Source of the DNA: Waddliaceae bacterium
GTDB taxonomy: Bacteria > Chlamydiota > Chlamydiia > Chlamydiales > JABHNK01
Assembly (NCBI GenBank): GCA_018694295.1
Contig: JABHNK010000010.1
Coordinates: 688-64,687, forward strand
Length of the DNA stretch: 64,000 bases
Direction: 5' to 3'
Position 1 is the first letter of the stretch; each line of letters begins with the position of its first letter. Shown one piece after another: positions 7,467-16,043 of the stretch. The notes below the pieces were generated by a model. The model saw nothing but the letters and a program-made list of their open reading frames with translations. It was not told where the DNA came from and did no database searches. The translations under genes and the position numbers were made by a program.

Positions 7467-9589
7467 GTGAGAATGATATTATTTCTGTCATCGCAAGAAT
7501 ATTTCCACGACCATGTTGGCGCTGAAATATCTTCTTGTTCATAGGCGATAGTGCCATTGTCATAGTATGCGCGGATTCGCTTCCCTGCAGCGACGTCTAT
7601 CGTCTCATCACCGACGAATGTCACGCCTTCGGCGATAAATTCTGCGTTGCCATGAAGATTGATCTTTAAACACTCCTTACGTGTTATATCATTTTCCCAA
7701 TAAGCATTGTCTGCTGTGGTGTCTATGCCTTTATTTTTTACTACGACGTCTTTAAGGATGCATTTTCCGCAAACGTTTTCTTCGCCGACAATGTTATCAG
7801 CGCGGACTATCATGCTACCCTCGACGACGATATTTTCAACGTCGACCTCTGCTATCTCGAGGACCATCTCGGCGCCTTTATCTAGGCGACCTTTACGTAT
7901 CTTATATTTTATTACGTCATAAAGCGGCCCCATAGCAGGATGTAGGCGGCATATAAATGATGGCCCACCTTTTACGAAAGTTTTTTCGTCGGGCATCGCA
8001 GGAATTTCCATCCCACAGTATGATGTAAGCAGGTCGTACATATTTTTCATGGTATCACAGAAACATCCCGCCGGCGTTTCGATTATAGCATTCCCTGGGG
8101 TGTAGCTATTTTTCGTCACCGATATCGTTTTATGTCTGGTGTTATATGTCACGAAAGTTTTAAGCCCTCCCCACAGCTCCCTGGGAAGGCTTTCTTCTTT
8201 TTCTTCGTCCAAGACATCGGCGATATTCTGCATGGAAGATTCTAGCCGTCCTGCATGAACTTCGGAATAGCTTCCTTTGGAGTCATAGTAAGGGCCTTTT
8301 TTCTTCATATTTATCACCATCCCTGGGAATGGCGACTTTTTAATAGCCTCTTCAATGCTGTCGCAGCCCACAAATAATATGTTCGTATTGGTAGGAAATT
8401 TCGAATATATACTCCCCTCTTCATATGGAGCATCGGCGATGTCACGCTTTATAAAGTCGGTATATTCTACATTAGAAATGCCGTAACTCCGCTTATCTCC
8501 CTTTTCTCTTTCTGCCATCACAGCCATGCCTTCGGCAGTGCCAACAACACGCCGGCACGATGCTACGCCGTATGCTTTGTCGCCACCAACACCTGCACCT
8601 ATAAGCCCAATAATTCCATTATCAACACCAGCAACGGGGTTGTTTACCTGTCTGACAAGAAGATAACGCCTTCCCTGCGAACGCATCCAGTCGAAGACCT
8701 TATTGTCCTTGGCGAGCTTCCACAAAACACCATGACCTCCAGGTTTAAGGTTCAAAGTAAAGACATCTTTCATCGACCAGCTACCTTCTTCTGTGATGAC
8801 AGGAGCCATCGGCTGCTTAAAGAAAACGAAAGAATCCTTGGGCCTTCCGAACCACCCTCGCCCTTCACATATCGCACGTATATGAGCATCGTTGTCCTTC
8901 TCGGAAGACGTCATCATCGCTATAGGCGTGATGACGCGTTCACCAAAAAGCTTATAATACAAATATTCCCTGCCCTCGACATCACGGATCATCGCCTCCA
9001 AAAGTGTATGCCCACCGAAACACAGCTTCGCCGCTGGAAGCGACTCTCCGGTGTCTTTATCTACAAGACCAAGGCGATCACCGGCACCACCTATAGGATA
9101 TAATTCTCCCATCGTCGACGTAGCGGCAATGCCGTCAATAATTGCTTTGCGAACATCGGCTGTATCGACGGCTAGGTCTAAACCTTCAGGAGCATGATAT
9201 ACAACATCGCTACTATCGTTATCGCCCGATAGCAATGACATAACGGTATAATGATACCCTATTATCCCTCCTATGGTATTGTAGAAGGCCTCGATATCAC
9301 AAAGCTGTCGAACGAGAGATTTTAATGCTGGAATATTAGCGCCGTCGCCGCGGAATACTACCGGTCCTTGTCCAATAGCCATGACGCTTTTAACGGCATA
9401 CCCCTCTTCAGCGCTTAGATTGGCAAAAAGATCCTGGCCCTTCTCTACCTTAGATATAAATTTTTTGACGGCTTCGACACTGTCAAGTACAGCGCTTTTT
9501 TCTTCTATAGAAGAGCATTCTTTAATCTCTTTTATGATATCGCGAATCTTATCGAGCTCTTTTTCTTGCGTCTCTATTGTTTTTGTCAT
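7445..9589 (-). CDS. UTP-sugar-1-phosphate uridylyltransferase (UDPGP) family protein, long form
   Basis: 714 aa with YPIGGAGDRLGL and NLKPGGHGVLW, which are motifs typical of UDPGP-family pyrophosphorylases. Confidence 0.8.
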   Translation of the reverse strand: MTKTIETQEKELDKIRDIIKEIKECSSIEEKSAVLDSVEAVKKFISKVEKGQDLFANLSAEEGYAVKSVMAIGQGPVVFRGDGANIPALKSLVRQLCDIEAFYNTIGGIIGYHYTVMSLLSGDNDSSDVVYHAPEGLDLAVDTADVRKAIIDGIAATSTMGELYPIGGAGDRLGLVDKDTGESLPAAKLCFGGHTLLEAMIRDVEGREYLYYKLFGERVITPIAMMTSSEKDNDAHIRAICEGRGWFGRPKDSFVFFKQPMAPVITEEGSWSMKDVFTLNLKPGGHGVLWKLAKDNKVFDWMRSQGRRYLLVRQVNNPVAGVDNGIIGLIGAGVGGDKAYGVASCRRVVGTAEGMAVMAEREKGDKRSYGISNVEYTDFIKRDIADAPYEEGSIYSKFPTNTNILFVGCDSIEEAIKKSPFPGMVINMKKKGPYYDSKGSYSEVHAGRLESSMQNIADVLDEEKEESLPRELWGGLKTFVTYNTRHKTISVTKNSYTPGNAIIETPAGCFCDTMKNMYDLLTSYCGMEIPAMPDEKTFVKGGPSFICRLHPAMGPLYDVIKYKIRKGRLDKGAEMVLEIAEVDVENIVVEGSMIVRADNIVGEENVCGKCILKDVVVKNKGIDTTADNAYWENDITRKECLKINLHGNAEFIAEGVTFVGDETIDVAAGKRIRAYYDNGTIAYEQEDISAPTWSWKYSCDDRNNIILTKKATEK

Positions 9590-9898
9590 GCTATATCCTC
9601 GGCCCCTGCTGTTATAACTACATAGAAACCAATAGTGTAGGTGTTTTTGCCCTAGTTTCTTACAGAGAGTGCCACAGGTTATGAGTTTTGAACAAGATCA
9701 TCCTTGTACAGAAAGCCATTTTCCTCTATGATACATGGTATTGACAAAATAAAATTTTATATCGATCTTTTAATGTAAAATTTGTTTTGACTTGAAAATC
9801 ATAGCACATATACAAGTAATGCAAGAGTTTTTCTATACGATTGCTCAATATTGCAAAGAATGTCATTTTTAACTTTTTAAAGGAGAGTGTAAAAGATT

Positions 9899-10156
9899 AT
9901 GACCAAAAAACAAAATTCAAAATTTATGCAGCCTGTTAAATTAAGCACTGAACTCGAAGCTGTTGTCGGCAAAGGCCCAATGCCTCGTACTGAAGTTACT
10001 AAGAAGCTCTGGGTATATATCAAAGCTAACGGCCTTCAGGACAAAGTTCAGAAGCGTAACATCAACCCTGACGAAAAATTAGCAGTGCTATTCGGCTCTA
10101 AGAAGTCTATTGATATGTTTAAGATGACAAGCCTCGTCTCAAAACATATTGGCTAA
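9899..10156 (+). CDS. SWIB/MDM2 domain protein
   Basis: 85 aa. LSTELEAVVGKGPMPRTEVTKKLWVYIKANGLQD...NPDEKLAVLFG is a typical SWIB domain and is paralogous to the TopA C-terminus in this window. Confidence 0.9.
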   Translation: MTKKQNSKFMQPVKLSTELEAVVGKGPMPRTEVTKKLWVYIKANGLQDKVQKRNINPDEKLAVLFGSKKSIDMFKMTSLVSKHIG

Positions 10157-10188
10157 AACGTCTCGCTTATAAAATATTATTATAGTAT

Positions 10189-10220
10189 CTCCCTATATAA
10201 CATGTTATATAGGGAGTTTT
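10189..10220 (+). terminator. Rho-independent terminator after the SWIB gene
   Basis: ctccctatataa-catg-ttatatagggag forms a 12-bp stem followed by tttt. Confidence 0.75.
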
Positions 10221-10229
10221 GCGTCTTAA

Positions 10230-10623
10230 ACCCGTGATTGCGACATATCCTTTGCCATAGGTTTTTTGCAGTGGTACAGGTGCGAAGATGAAAGACGAGC
10301 GAATGTTAAAACATTCGCGAGGATAGAATCAAAGCAGATGTGTTGCTGCAAAAAGAAATATGGCGAAGCCAAGTAATAGCAAACGGGCAAAGAAAAATAA
10401 TAAGAAATAGCAAGGGCTTAAAATATTTATTTTCATATTCTTGTATTTTCTGCCAGCGCTTTTTAGAAAGAAAAAAAGGTCATGTCTCCTATAGCATCCA
10501 TAGTGTCAGGCAATCTGGCTCATTTTACTCCTCGCGAATAGTTACAACTATCCGCTTGTCGTGCACTGAGCCATCTTACCTAACTCTATGTCGCTAAAGG
10601 AAAGATATGTCGCAATCACGGGT
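10230..10623 (-). mobile_element. MITE-like repeat, family A, full-length copy A1 (inverted relative to A3)
   Basis: Terminal inverted repeats are acccgtgattgcgac...gtcgcaatcacgggt. The element aligns along its whole length to the reverse complement of 55884-56274. Flanking trinucleotides are TAA/TAT. Confidence 0.85.
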
Positions 10624-10640
10624 TATAAAACCAGGGTATT

Positions 10641-11639
10641 ATGCTAGAATTCATAAAGAAAAAACTTTATCTCCTTTATAATAAAGTCGTAAGGCTTCTC
10701 TGGGACACGTGGTGTGTCGCCTCTGTCGTAGGGATATGGCCACGATTCATCGAGCCTAGGATGCTGCTAACGTCGCGGCTATCGCTACCTATCGACGGCT
10801 TATCACCATCTCTTGAAGACCTGAAAGTAGTTTTTTTCAGCGACCTTCATTTCAGCAAAGAGGCTTCTTCAAAATTTCTAAAAAAAATCTCTTCGCGCAT
10901 AAACAAGTTGCACCCAGACATTATAATTTTCGGCGGCGATATCCTCAGAACGCCAATTATTGACGATCCTGAAAGGCTTCTTTCTTTTCTGAACTCTTTA
11001 AAAGCGCGCTATGGCTGTTTTTTTGTCTTCGGCAACCACGACTATAGCGAATGGGTATCCCTCAACGATAAAGGCGAATACGACATCGAGACTGGTGGAA
11101 CTCCTGCTATCATCGAAGGTTTCAAGCGTTTTTTCGGAAACAAAAAACCTCTTGGGATTATCACAGACCGTGCCCGTGCCGTTCCTTCCCATGAAGAACT
11201 CAGTGCTTTATTAAAAAAAACACGTTTCACCGTCCTTGAGAATGACACATCTCTTGTTCCTATACGCAACACCTTCCTAAACATCTGTGGTCTTGAAGAA
11301 TATTGGCTTGGCCGTTGCAATCCAAAGAAAGCCTTTAAAAACTATGACAAAAAATATCCTGGCATTGTCGTCACCCACAACCCCGACAGCTTTCCTCTGC
11401 TTTATGACTATCCTGGCGATCTTGTCTTATCAGGACATACTCACGGCGGGCAGATAAATCTTCCATGGATGTGGAAAAAATTCTCTCTACTTGAAAACAG
11501 CGAGTTTAAGCGTGGCATGGTAGGGCGCGATGGTAAAGCTATATACATAACTCGTGGGGTAGGAAGCTCTGAGCCGTTCCGCTGGTTCTCTCCTCCTGAA
11601 ATCGTCCTAATAACATTAAACGGCACTTCTCATGACTAA
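10641..11639 (+). CDS. Metallophosphoesterase (calcineurin-like), membrane-anchored
   Basis: Motifs present: FFSDLHF, GGDIL, GNHD, GHTHGGQ. Confidence 0.9.
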   Translation: MLEFIKKKLYLLYNKVVRLLWDTWCVASVVGIWPRFIEPRMLLTSRLSLPIDGLSPSLEDLKVVFFSDLHFSKEASSKFLKKISSRINKLHPDIIIFGGDILRTPIIDDPERLLSFLNSLKARYGCFFVFGNHDYSEWVSLNDKGEYDIETGGTPAIIEGFKRFFGNKKPLGIITDRARAVPSHEELSALLKKTRFTVLENDTSLVPIRNTFLNICGLEEYWLGRCNPKKAFKNYDKKYPGIVVTHNPDSFPLLYDYPGDLVLSGHTHGGQINLPWMWKKFSLLENSEFKRGMVGRDGKAIYITRGVGSSEPFRWFSPPEIVLITLNGTSHD

Positions 11640-12309
11640 AAAAACCAGTCTTATCTTCCTTGCCGGTGGTGTTGGCAATAGGATGAAAGCTTCTTTGCCG
11701 AAACAATTTCTTGAACTTTCAGGAAGGCCACTTTTTTCATATAGCCTCGACGTCTTCGCTGCTATCGACAATATCGATGATATCATCGTCGTCTGTGCCG
11801 AAGAACATCGCCACAACTTCGATAGCTATAAAACATTATCTATGAGTTTCGCCCTTCCAGGCCCACGACGCCAAGATTCCGTCTACAATGGCCTGTGCGA
11901 GGTCTCTAGCGACAGCGAACTCGTTATCATCCATGATTCCGCACGTCCTTTCATCACAGAGAAAATGGCCTCAGAGGCACTTGTCGACGGAGAAGAACAC
12001 GGCGCTGCCGTCGTCGGCGTTCCCGTAACATATACAGTAAAACGCTCCAACGACGAAGGTTTTGTCGCCGAGACGCTACCACGAGAGGATATCTGGGAGA
12101 TACAGACGCCGCAAGTTGTGAAGCACGACCTTCTTAAAAAAGGCTTCGAGAAAGCTCTCGCCGAAGATATCACTGTCACCGACGACGTCGCCCTCGTAGA
12201 GATTCTCAACCTTCCAGTAAAGCTCGTTATGGGCTCTCGCGACAACATAAAAGTCACAACGCCAGAAGATATCGCTTTGGCAGAAAACATCCTAAAACAG
12301 AAAACATAG
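11632..12309 (+). CDS. ispD: 2-C-methyl-D-erythritol 4-phosphate cytidylyltransferase
   Basis: LAGGVGNRM motif, 225 aa, and an 8-nt overlap with the upstream gene. Confidence 0.92.
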   Translation: MTKKTSLIFLAGGVGNRMKASLPKQFLELSGRPLFSYSLDVFAAIDNIDDIIVVCAEEHRHNFDSYKTLSMSFALPGPRRQDSVYNGLCEVSSDSELVIIHDSARPFITEKMASEALVDGEEHGAAVVGVPVTYTVKRSNDEGFVAETLPREDIWEIQTPQVVKHDLLKKGFEKALAEDITVTDDVALVEILNLPVKLVMGSRDNIKVTTPEDIALAENILKQKT

Positions 12310-12312
12310 CCT

Positions 12313-13059
12313 ATGCATACTTATAAGCTCACCGTCGCATATGACGGCACAGAATACAGCGGATGGCAGATACAGCCTAACGGCCCCTCGATACAAGAAG
12401 CTATAGAAAAAATTCTTAAGACGATAACACGAAAAGACCTCAAAGTCACAGGATCCGGCCGTACCGATGCCGGCGTTCATGCCCTCGGACAGGTTGCACA
12501 TATCAGCAGCGAAGATGTTCTCAACGTTACGAAAACCCTGCGCTCCTTAAACGGCCTCCTCCCCGCCGACATACGGATAAAAACCTTCGAAGAAGTCCAC
12601 GAGACCTTCCACGCCCGATACAGTGCCACCAAAAAAACATACCACTACAACCTCTGGACCGACGACGTCGCCGACCCTTTCATCTGCCGATACCGCCACC
12701 ACGTCAGAAGCACTACCTTCGATATCGCGAAACTTAAAGCCGCCGCAGTATTGCTCGTAGGAACACACGACTTCACGTCTTTCGCATGCGAAGCGTCGAA
12801 AGGCAGCGCAGCAAAAGATCCCATCCGTACCATCTACCGCGTCGCTGTCGTCCCACAAGACGGCGGACTACGCGTAGAATTCCAGGGCAACGGCTTCCTA
12901 TATAAAATGGTACGTAACATCATGGGAACACTGCTAGAAATAGCACAAGGCAAACGCCCCGTCGATGACATCACAACAATCATAAACGCCAAAGACCGCC
13001 GGAAAGCCGGACACGCCGCACCAGCACAAGGACTTTTCCTCGTAGACGTCTCATATTAA
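12313..13059 (+). CDS. truA: tRNA pseudouridine(38-40) synthase
   Basis: YDGTEYSGWQIQ and the catalytic motif GSGRTDAGVHA. Confidence 0.95.
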   Translation: MHTYKLTVAYDGTEYSGWQIQPNGPSIQEAIEKILKTITRKDLKVTGSGRTDAGVHALGQVAHISSEDVLNVTKTLRSLNGLLPADIRIKTFEEVHETFHARYSATKKTYHYNLWTDDVADPFICRYRHHVRSTTFDIAKLKAAAVLLVGTHDFTSFACEASKGSAAKDPIRTIYRVAVVPQDGGLRVEFQGNGFLYKMVRNIMGTLLEIAQGKRPVDDITTIINAKDRRKAGHAAPAQGLFLVDVSY

Positions 13060-13102
13060 TCTAATGGCGGAATTCCGCACTCCGCCCCGCGACAAAGCCT
13101 TA

Positions 13103-13771
13103 CTATTCAGTAAGGATTTCCTCGAAGGTCTGATAGCGTTTTGCTCCGCGGGCAATGAAGTCGGGAATTTCGGGGTATTCAGCTTTACATATTAAGACGG
13201 GAAGCGCTGGCGTTCCCATCAGCGCCGTAAGTCCTCGTGGCGAGTCCTCGAATCCTATAATATTTTTGGCGTCGGGAGCCAGCCTTTCAATAGCAGTAAG
13301 GTAACATTCGGAGCTAGGTTTTGGCTCACTATAATCTTCGCGTGTTATCCACGTAGAAATTGTTTCAAGGACAGGAAGTGTTTTTCGTATTCTCGATATA
13401 TGGTCGTCGGGAGAGTGCGTCACGACACATCGCGGTATGTCTTTCTCGGCAATGATATTCAGGAAAGTCTCAACGCCAGGCATAAGCGCTACAGTCTTTT
13501 GTTCCAAAAGGTCGACATATGCCTGTCTCTTCTCGGCATATATAATATCCCAATCTTCATTGGCGATTTCGGGGAACGTCTCATATATTTTATCGCGGAG
13601 CAATGTTGAATCATAGTGTGCCGCCTGGCAATATTCGTCGAAACTCCACGGCAAAGTGAAGCCACGACGCTCGAGCATGAGGCGATAAGCATTATAATGT
13701 ATATCTTCGGTATTGACGAGAAGACCGTCAAAATCGAAAAGAATAAGTTGACTCCTAAAAATCCAATCCAT
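13103..13771 (-). CDS. HAD-IA family hydrolase (phosphatase)
   Basis: Motif I is FDFDGLLVNTE. The product is 222 aa. Confidence 0.85.
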   Translation of the reverse strand: MDWIFRSQLILFDFDGLLVNTEDIHYNAYRLMLERRGFTLPWSFDEYCQAAHYDSTLLRDKIYETFPEIANEDWDIIYAEKRQAYVDLLEQKTVALMPGVETFLNIIAEKDIPRCVVTHSPDDHISRIRKTLPVLETISTWITREDYSEPKPSSECYLTAIERLAPDAKNIIGFEDSPRGLTALMGTPALPVLICKAEYPEIPDFIARGAKRYQTFEEILTE

Positions 13772-13802
13772 AAAACTCTCTTTTGTATATTAATAAGTAA
13801 AT

Positions 13803-14681
13803 ATGATAAATAATATGATACATACGATGAAAACAAAAAGCAACAAAGCAAAATACCTAATTATTCTTGCCATGGCATTATTCGCTATGGGGTGCTCTTC
13901 ACAAGATGATGGCGATACCTCCCTTCGCGATGCCGAAGCTTCGAAAGAACGAATTTTCCGCAACGACGAAGATGCCCTCTTTGCTGCCGACAATCCCGTC
14001 ATACAAAAACGCGACTCTTATCCGTGGGAAGAAAATTTCATAGGAGAAAACCCAAAGATAACAAAAAACTTCTTCTGCTGCAAAGGCAGCACAACAAACC
14101 CTATAAAAACTATACAAGCCAACAATGGCGACGTCGAATATCTCTACGACTGCGGCGGAGCACAGAAACACAGCCTCCCCTTCCACGACGGCAAAGAATT
14201 CATATACCCTATACTTCTTGACATCCTAAACTATATCCAAGAACAGACGGGACAGCGCGTCGTCGTCACCTGCGGACATCGATGCCCACAGCACAACGCC
14301 TACGCTGATGACGACGATTTCAACATAACATCAAAGCATATGGTCGGCGCTGAAGTCGACTTCTATGTCAAGGATATGGAAGAGCAGCCCGAAGAAATTT
14401 TAGCGCTTATCTTTAAATTCTACGAAGAAAACCCTCGCTATGGTGGAAACAAACACTACCTTAATTTCGAGCGTTATTCCCCAGAAAAGACCAATGTAAT
14501 AACGTCACCGTGGTATAACAAAGAGGTCTTCGTTAAGCTTTTCCTCGCCGACGAAGGCCGCGACCTCGACAACAGACACCCATACCCATATATAGGTATA
14601 CAGGTGAAATACGACAGAGACACCAGCGAACGCGTATCATATTCGTGGAAACAGGCGTTCTATAGTTATTTAAGGAAATAA
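13803..14681 (+). CDS. Peptidase M15A (YcbK/MepK-like) lipoprotein. The true start may be the Met at 13827.
   Basis: Lipobox LFAMGCSS. GHRCPQHNAYA...SKHMVGAEVDF resembles the M15A motif SGYRxxxxN...SxHxxGxAxD. Confidence 0.75.
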   Translation: MINNMIHTMKTKSNKAKYLIILAMALFAMGCSSQDDGDTSLRDAEASKERIFRNDEDALFAADNPVIQKRDSYPWEENFIGENPKITKNFFCCKGSTTNPIKTIQANNGDVEYLYDCGGAQKHSLPFHDGKEFIYPILLDILNYIQEQTGQRVVVTCGHRCPQHNAYADDDDFNITSKHMVGAEVDFYVKDMEEQPEEILALIFKFYEENPRYGGNKHYLNFERYSPEKTNVITSPWYNKEVFVKLFLADEGRDLDNRHPYPYIGIQVKYDRDTSERVSYSWKQAFYSYLRK

Positions 14682-14713
14682 CCTTTATAAAAAATCTGCT
14701 TTTTTCTATACTC

Positions 14714-14873
14714 ACTGACGTTATGTACTAATCTTGCTTTAGTGGTGTAGCGAAAGGAGCAAGATGCAAGTACTTCCGACGAACCAAGCTCTGAAGAGCT
14801 GGGTGAGGAGGAATACGAAGCAGATTGTTCCTTGCAGCACACCAATAAAGCGAGAAAAGTTCATAACGTCAGT
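14714..14873 (+). mobile_element. MITE-like repeat, family B, copy B1
   Basis: actgacgttatg...cataacgtcagt is a perfect 12-bp terminal inverted repeat. The core is near-identical to 56315-56475 and to the reverse complement of 28874-29034. Confidence 0.85.
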
Positions 14874-14887
14874 TAAATATAAAATAT

Positions 14888-14972
14888 GCCGATGTGGCGA
14901 AATGGTAGACGCGGTAGATTCAAAATCTACTTCTGCTTGCGCAGAGTGCTGGTTCGAGTCCGGTCATCGGCA
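14888..14972 (+). tRNA. tRNA-Leu (anticodon CAA)
   Basis: GCCGATG...CATCGGC acceptor stem, a D-arm GGCGAAATGGTAGACGC very close to E. coli tRNA-Leu, anticodon loop ttCAAaa, a long variable arm and a TTCGAGT T-loop. CCA is not encoded. Confidence 0.92.
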
Positions 14973-14987
14973 AAACATATGCTTGAT

Positions 14988-15407
14988 ATGAACATTACTA
15001 ACGATACAAAATGCCCTTGCAGCAGTGGAGAAAACTACAGCAACTGCTGCGAGTCTTTCCATAAGGGCGCTCTACCTTCTAGTGCTGTACAGCTTATGCG
15101 CTCAAGGTATAGCGCGTATGCCTATGATCTCCCCGAATATATCATCGAAACAACACACCCTCTAAATCCAGGGTATCGCCACGAACAGGTCGCGTGGAAA
15201 AAAGAAATATCGTTATTCTCACGAGCCTCTTCTTTCAAAAAGCTCGAGATTCTCGACTCACAAGAGAAAGACGACACAGCAACGGTAACGTTTGTCGCCC
15301 ATATATCACAAAACGGCGGCGATGCCTCCTTCACAGAAAAAAGCCTTTTCAAGAAAATCGATGGGAAATGGCTATATCACAGTGGGCAAGCGGTGGGAAT
15401 TGCCTGA
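14988..15407 (+). CDS. YchJ family protein (SEC-C motif plus NTF2-like domain)
   Basis: CPCSSGENYSNCC is the SEC-C motif, followed by LMRSRYSAYAY. The track ORF start at 14886 overlaps the tRNA, so the start was trimmed to the Met at 14988 (14979 is also possible). Confidence 0.85.
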   Translation: MNITNDTKCPCSSGENYSNCCESFHKGALPSSAVQLMRSRYSAYAYDLPEYIIETTHPLNPGYRHEQVAWKKEISLFSRASSFKKLEILDSQEKDDTATVTFVAHISQNGGDASFTEKSLFKKIDGKWLYHSGQAVGIA

Positions 15408-15419
15408 GTGTTTTCATTG

Positions 15420-16043
15420 TTATAACATTCTTTTTTTTATTTCATTAATAGCATTAATCCGCTTTTGATAAATAAGGACTCCACTATTTATCTTGAGAAG
15501 GTATAAAGCAACCGAAGGAAATAAGATGATCATTTCTAAACGTTTTACAATGTTTTTTCCAGATGTTTTATTAGTTTCAAAAGCATTTAATGACGCTTGA
15601 GAAAACTCAAATACCTGTGCAAATTCACGCGTTGTTAGATTAAGAGAATTCCTAAAATCTATCAAATTTTGCGAAGAAATTCCTCTCTCGAAAAGAGGAG
15701 CAAACACGAAAGAAGAAGGTCCCTTCCTTCCTATTGTACACAGAAGTATGATAGGATCGCTTTCACTCGTATCAATGCCCATGCTAAGACAGTATTCTGG
15801 ATATGCCGGATTTTGACGCGAAGGAATTCTATCATTAAATGAAGGAAAAAGTGTTGTAGAGATAAACTCTCTTTTGGTTAAAGGAAATTCTGGTCCTAAA
15901 GAAAGAGCGTTGCGAGATGTGAAATATTGATCGTCGTATATGAAAACAAAACTTCCTTGTTCTTTTTTCAATACGCCTACGTGGGTATGTGTTTTCGTTT
16001 TTCTTAAAAAAACATTAACACCAATAATTTTTAAGTTATACAT
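15420..16043 (-). CDS. HipA N-terminal (HipS-like) domain fused to a C-terminal Xre-type HTH; putative antitoxin/regulator
   Basis: VGVLKKEQGSFVFIYDDQYF...LSLGPEFPL...LFPSFNDRIPSRQ...LLCTIGRKGPSSFVF resembles Couple_hipA. The C-terminus (LTTREFAQVFEFSQASLNAFETNK) resembles an HTH_3 fold. An AAGGAG RBS is present, and the gene overlaps the kinase gene by 13 nt. Confidence 0.75.
   Translation of the reverse strand: MYNLKIIGVNVFLRKTKTHTHVGVLKKEQGSFVFIYDDQYFTSRNALSLGPEFPLTKREFISTTLFPSFNDRIPSRQNPAYPEYCLSMGIDTSESDPIILLCTIGRKGPSSFVFAPLFERGISSQNLIDFRNSLNLTTREFAQVFEFSQASLNAFETNKTSGKNIVKRLEMIILFPSVALYLLKINSGVLIYQKRINAINEIKKRML

Noticed and set aside
10340-10597. Track ORFs inside family A elements (also 17596-17790 and 55984-56175)
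   Set aside because: The reading frames differ in strand and extent between copies of the same repeat, and there are no RBS or motifs. The similar peptides simply reflect the DNA repeat.
14764-14991. Track ORF 14764-14991 and the first 34 codons of ORF 14886-15407
   Set aside because: They overlap the family B repeat and the tRNA-Leu gene. The YchJ-like homology begins only at the internal Met at 14979/14988.
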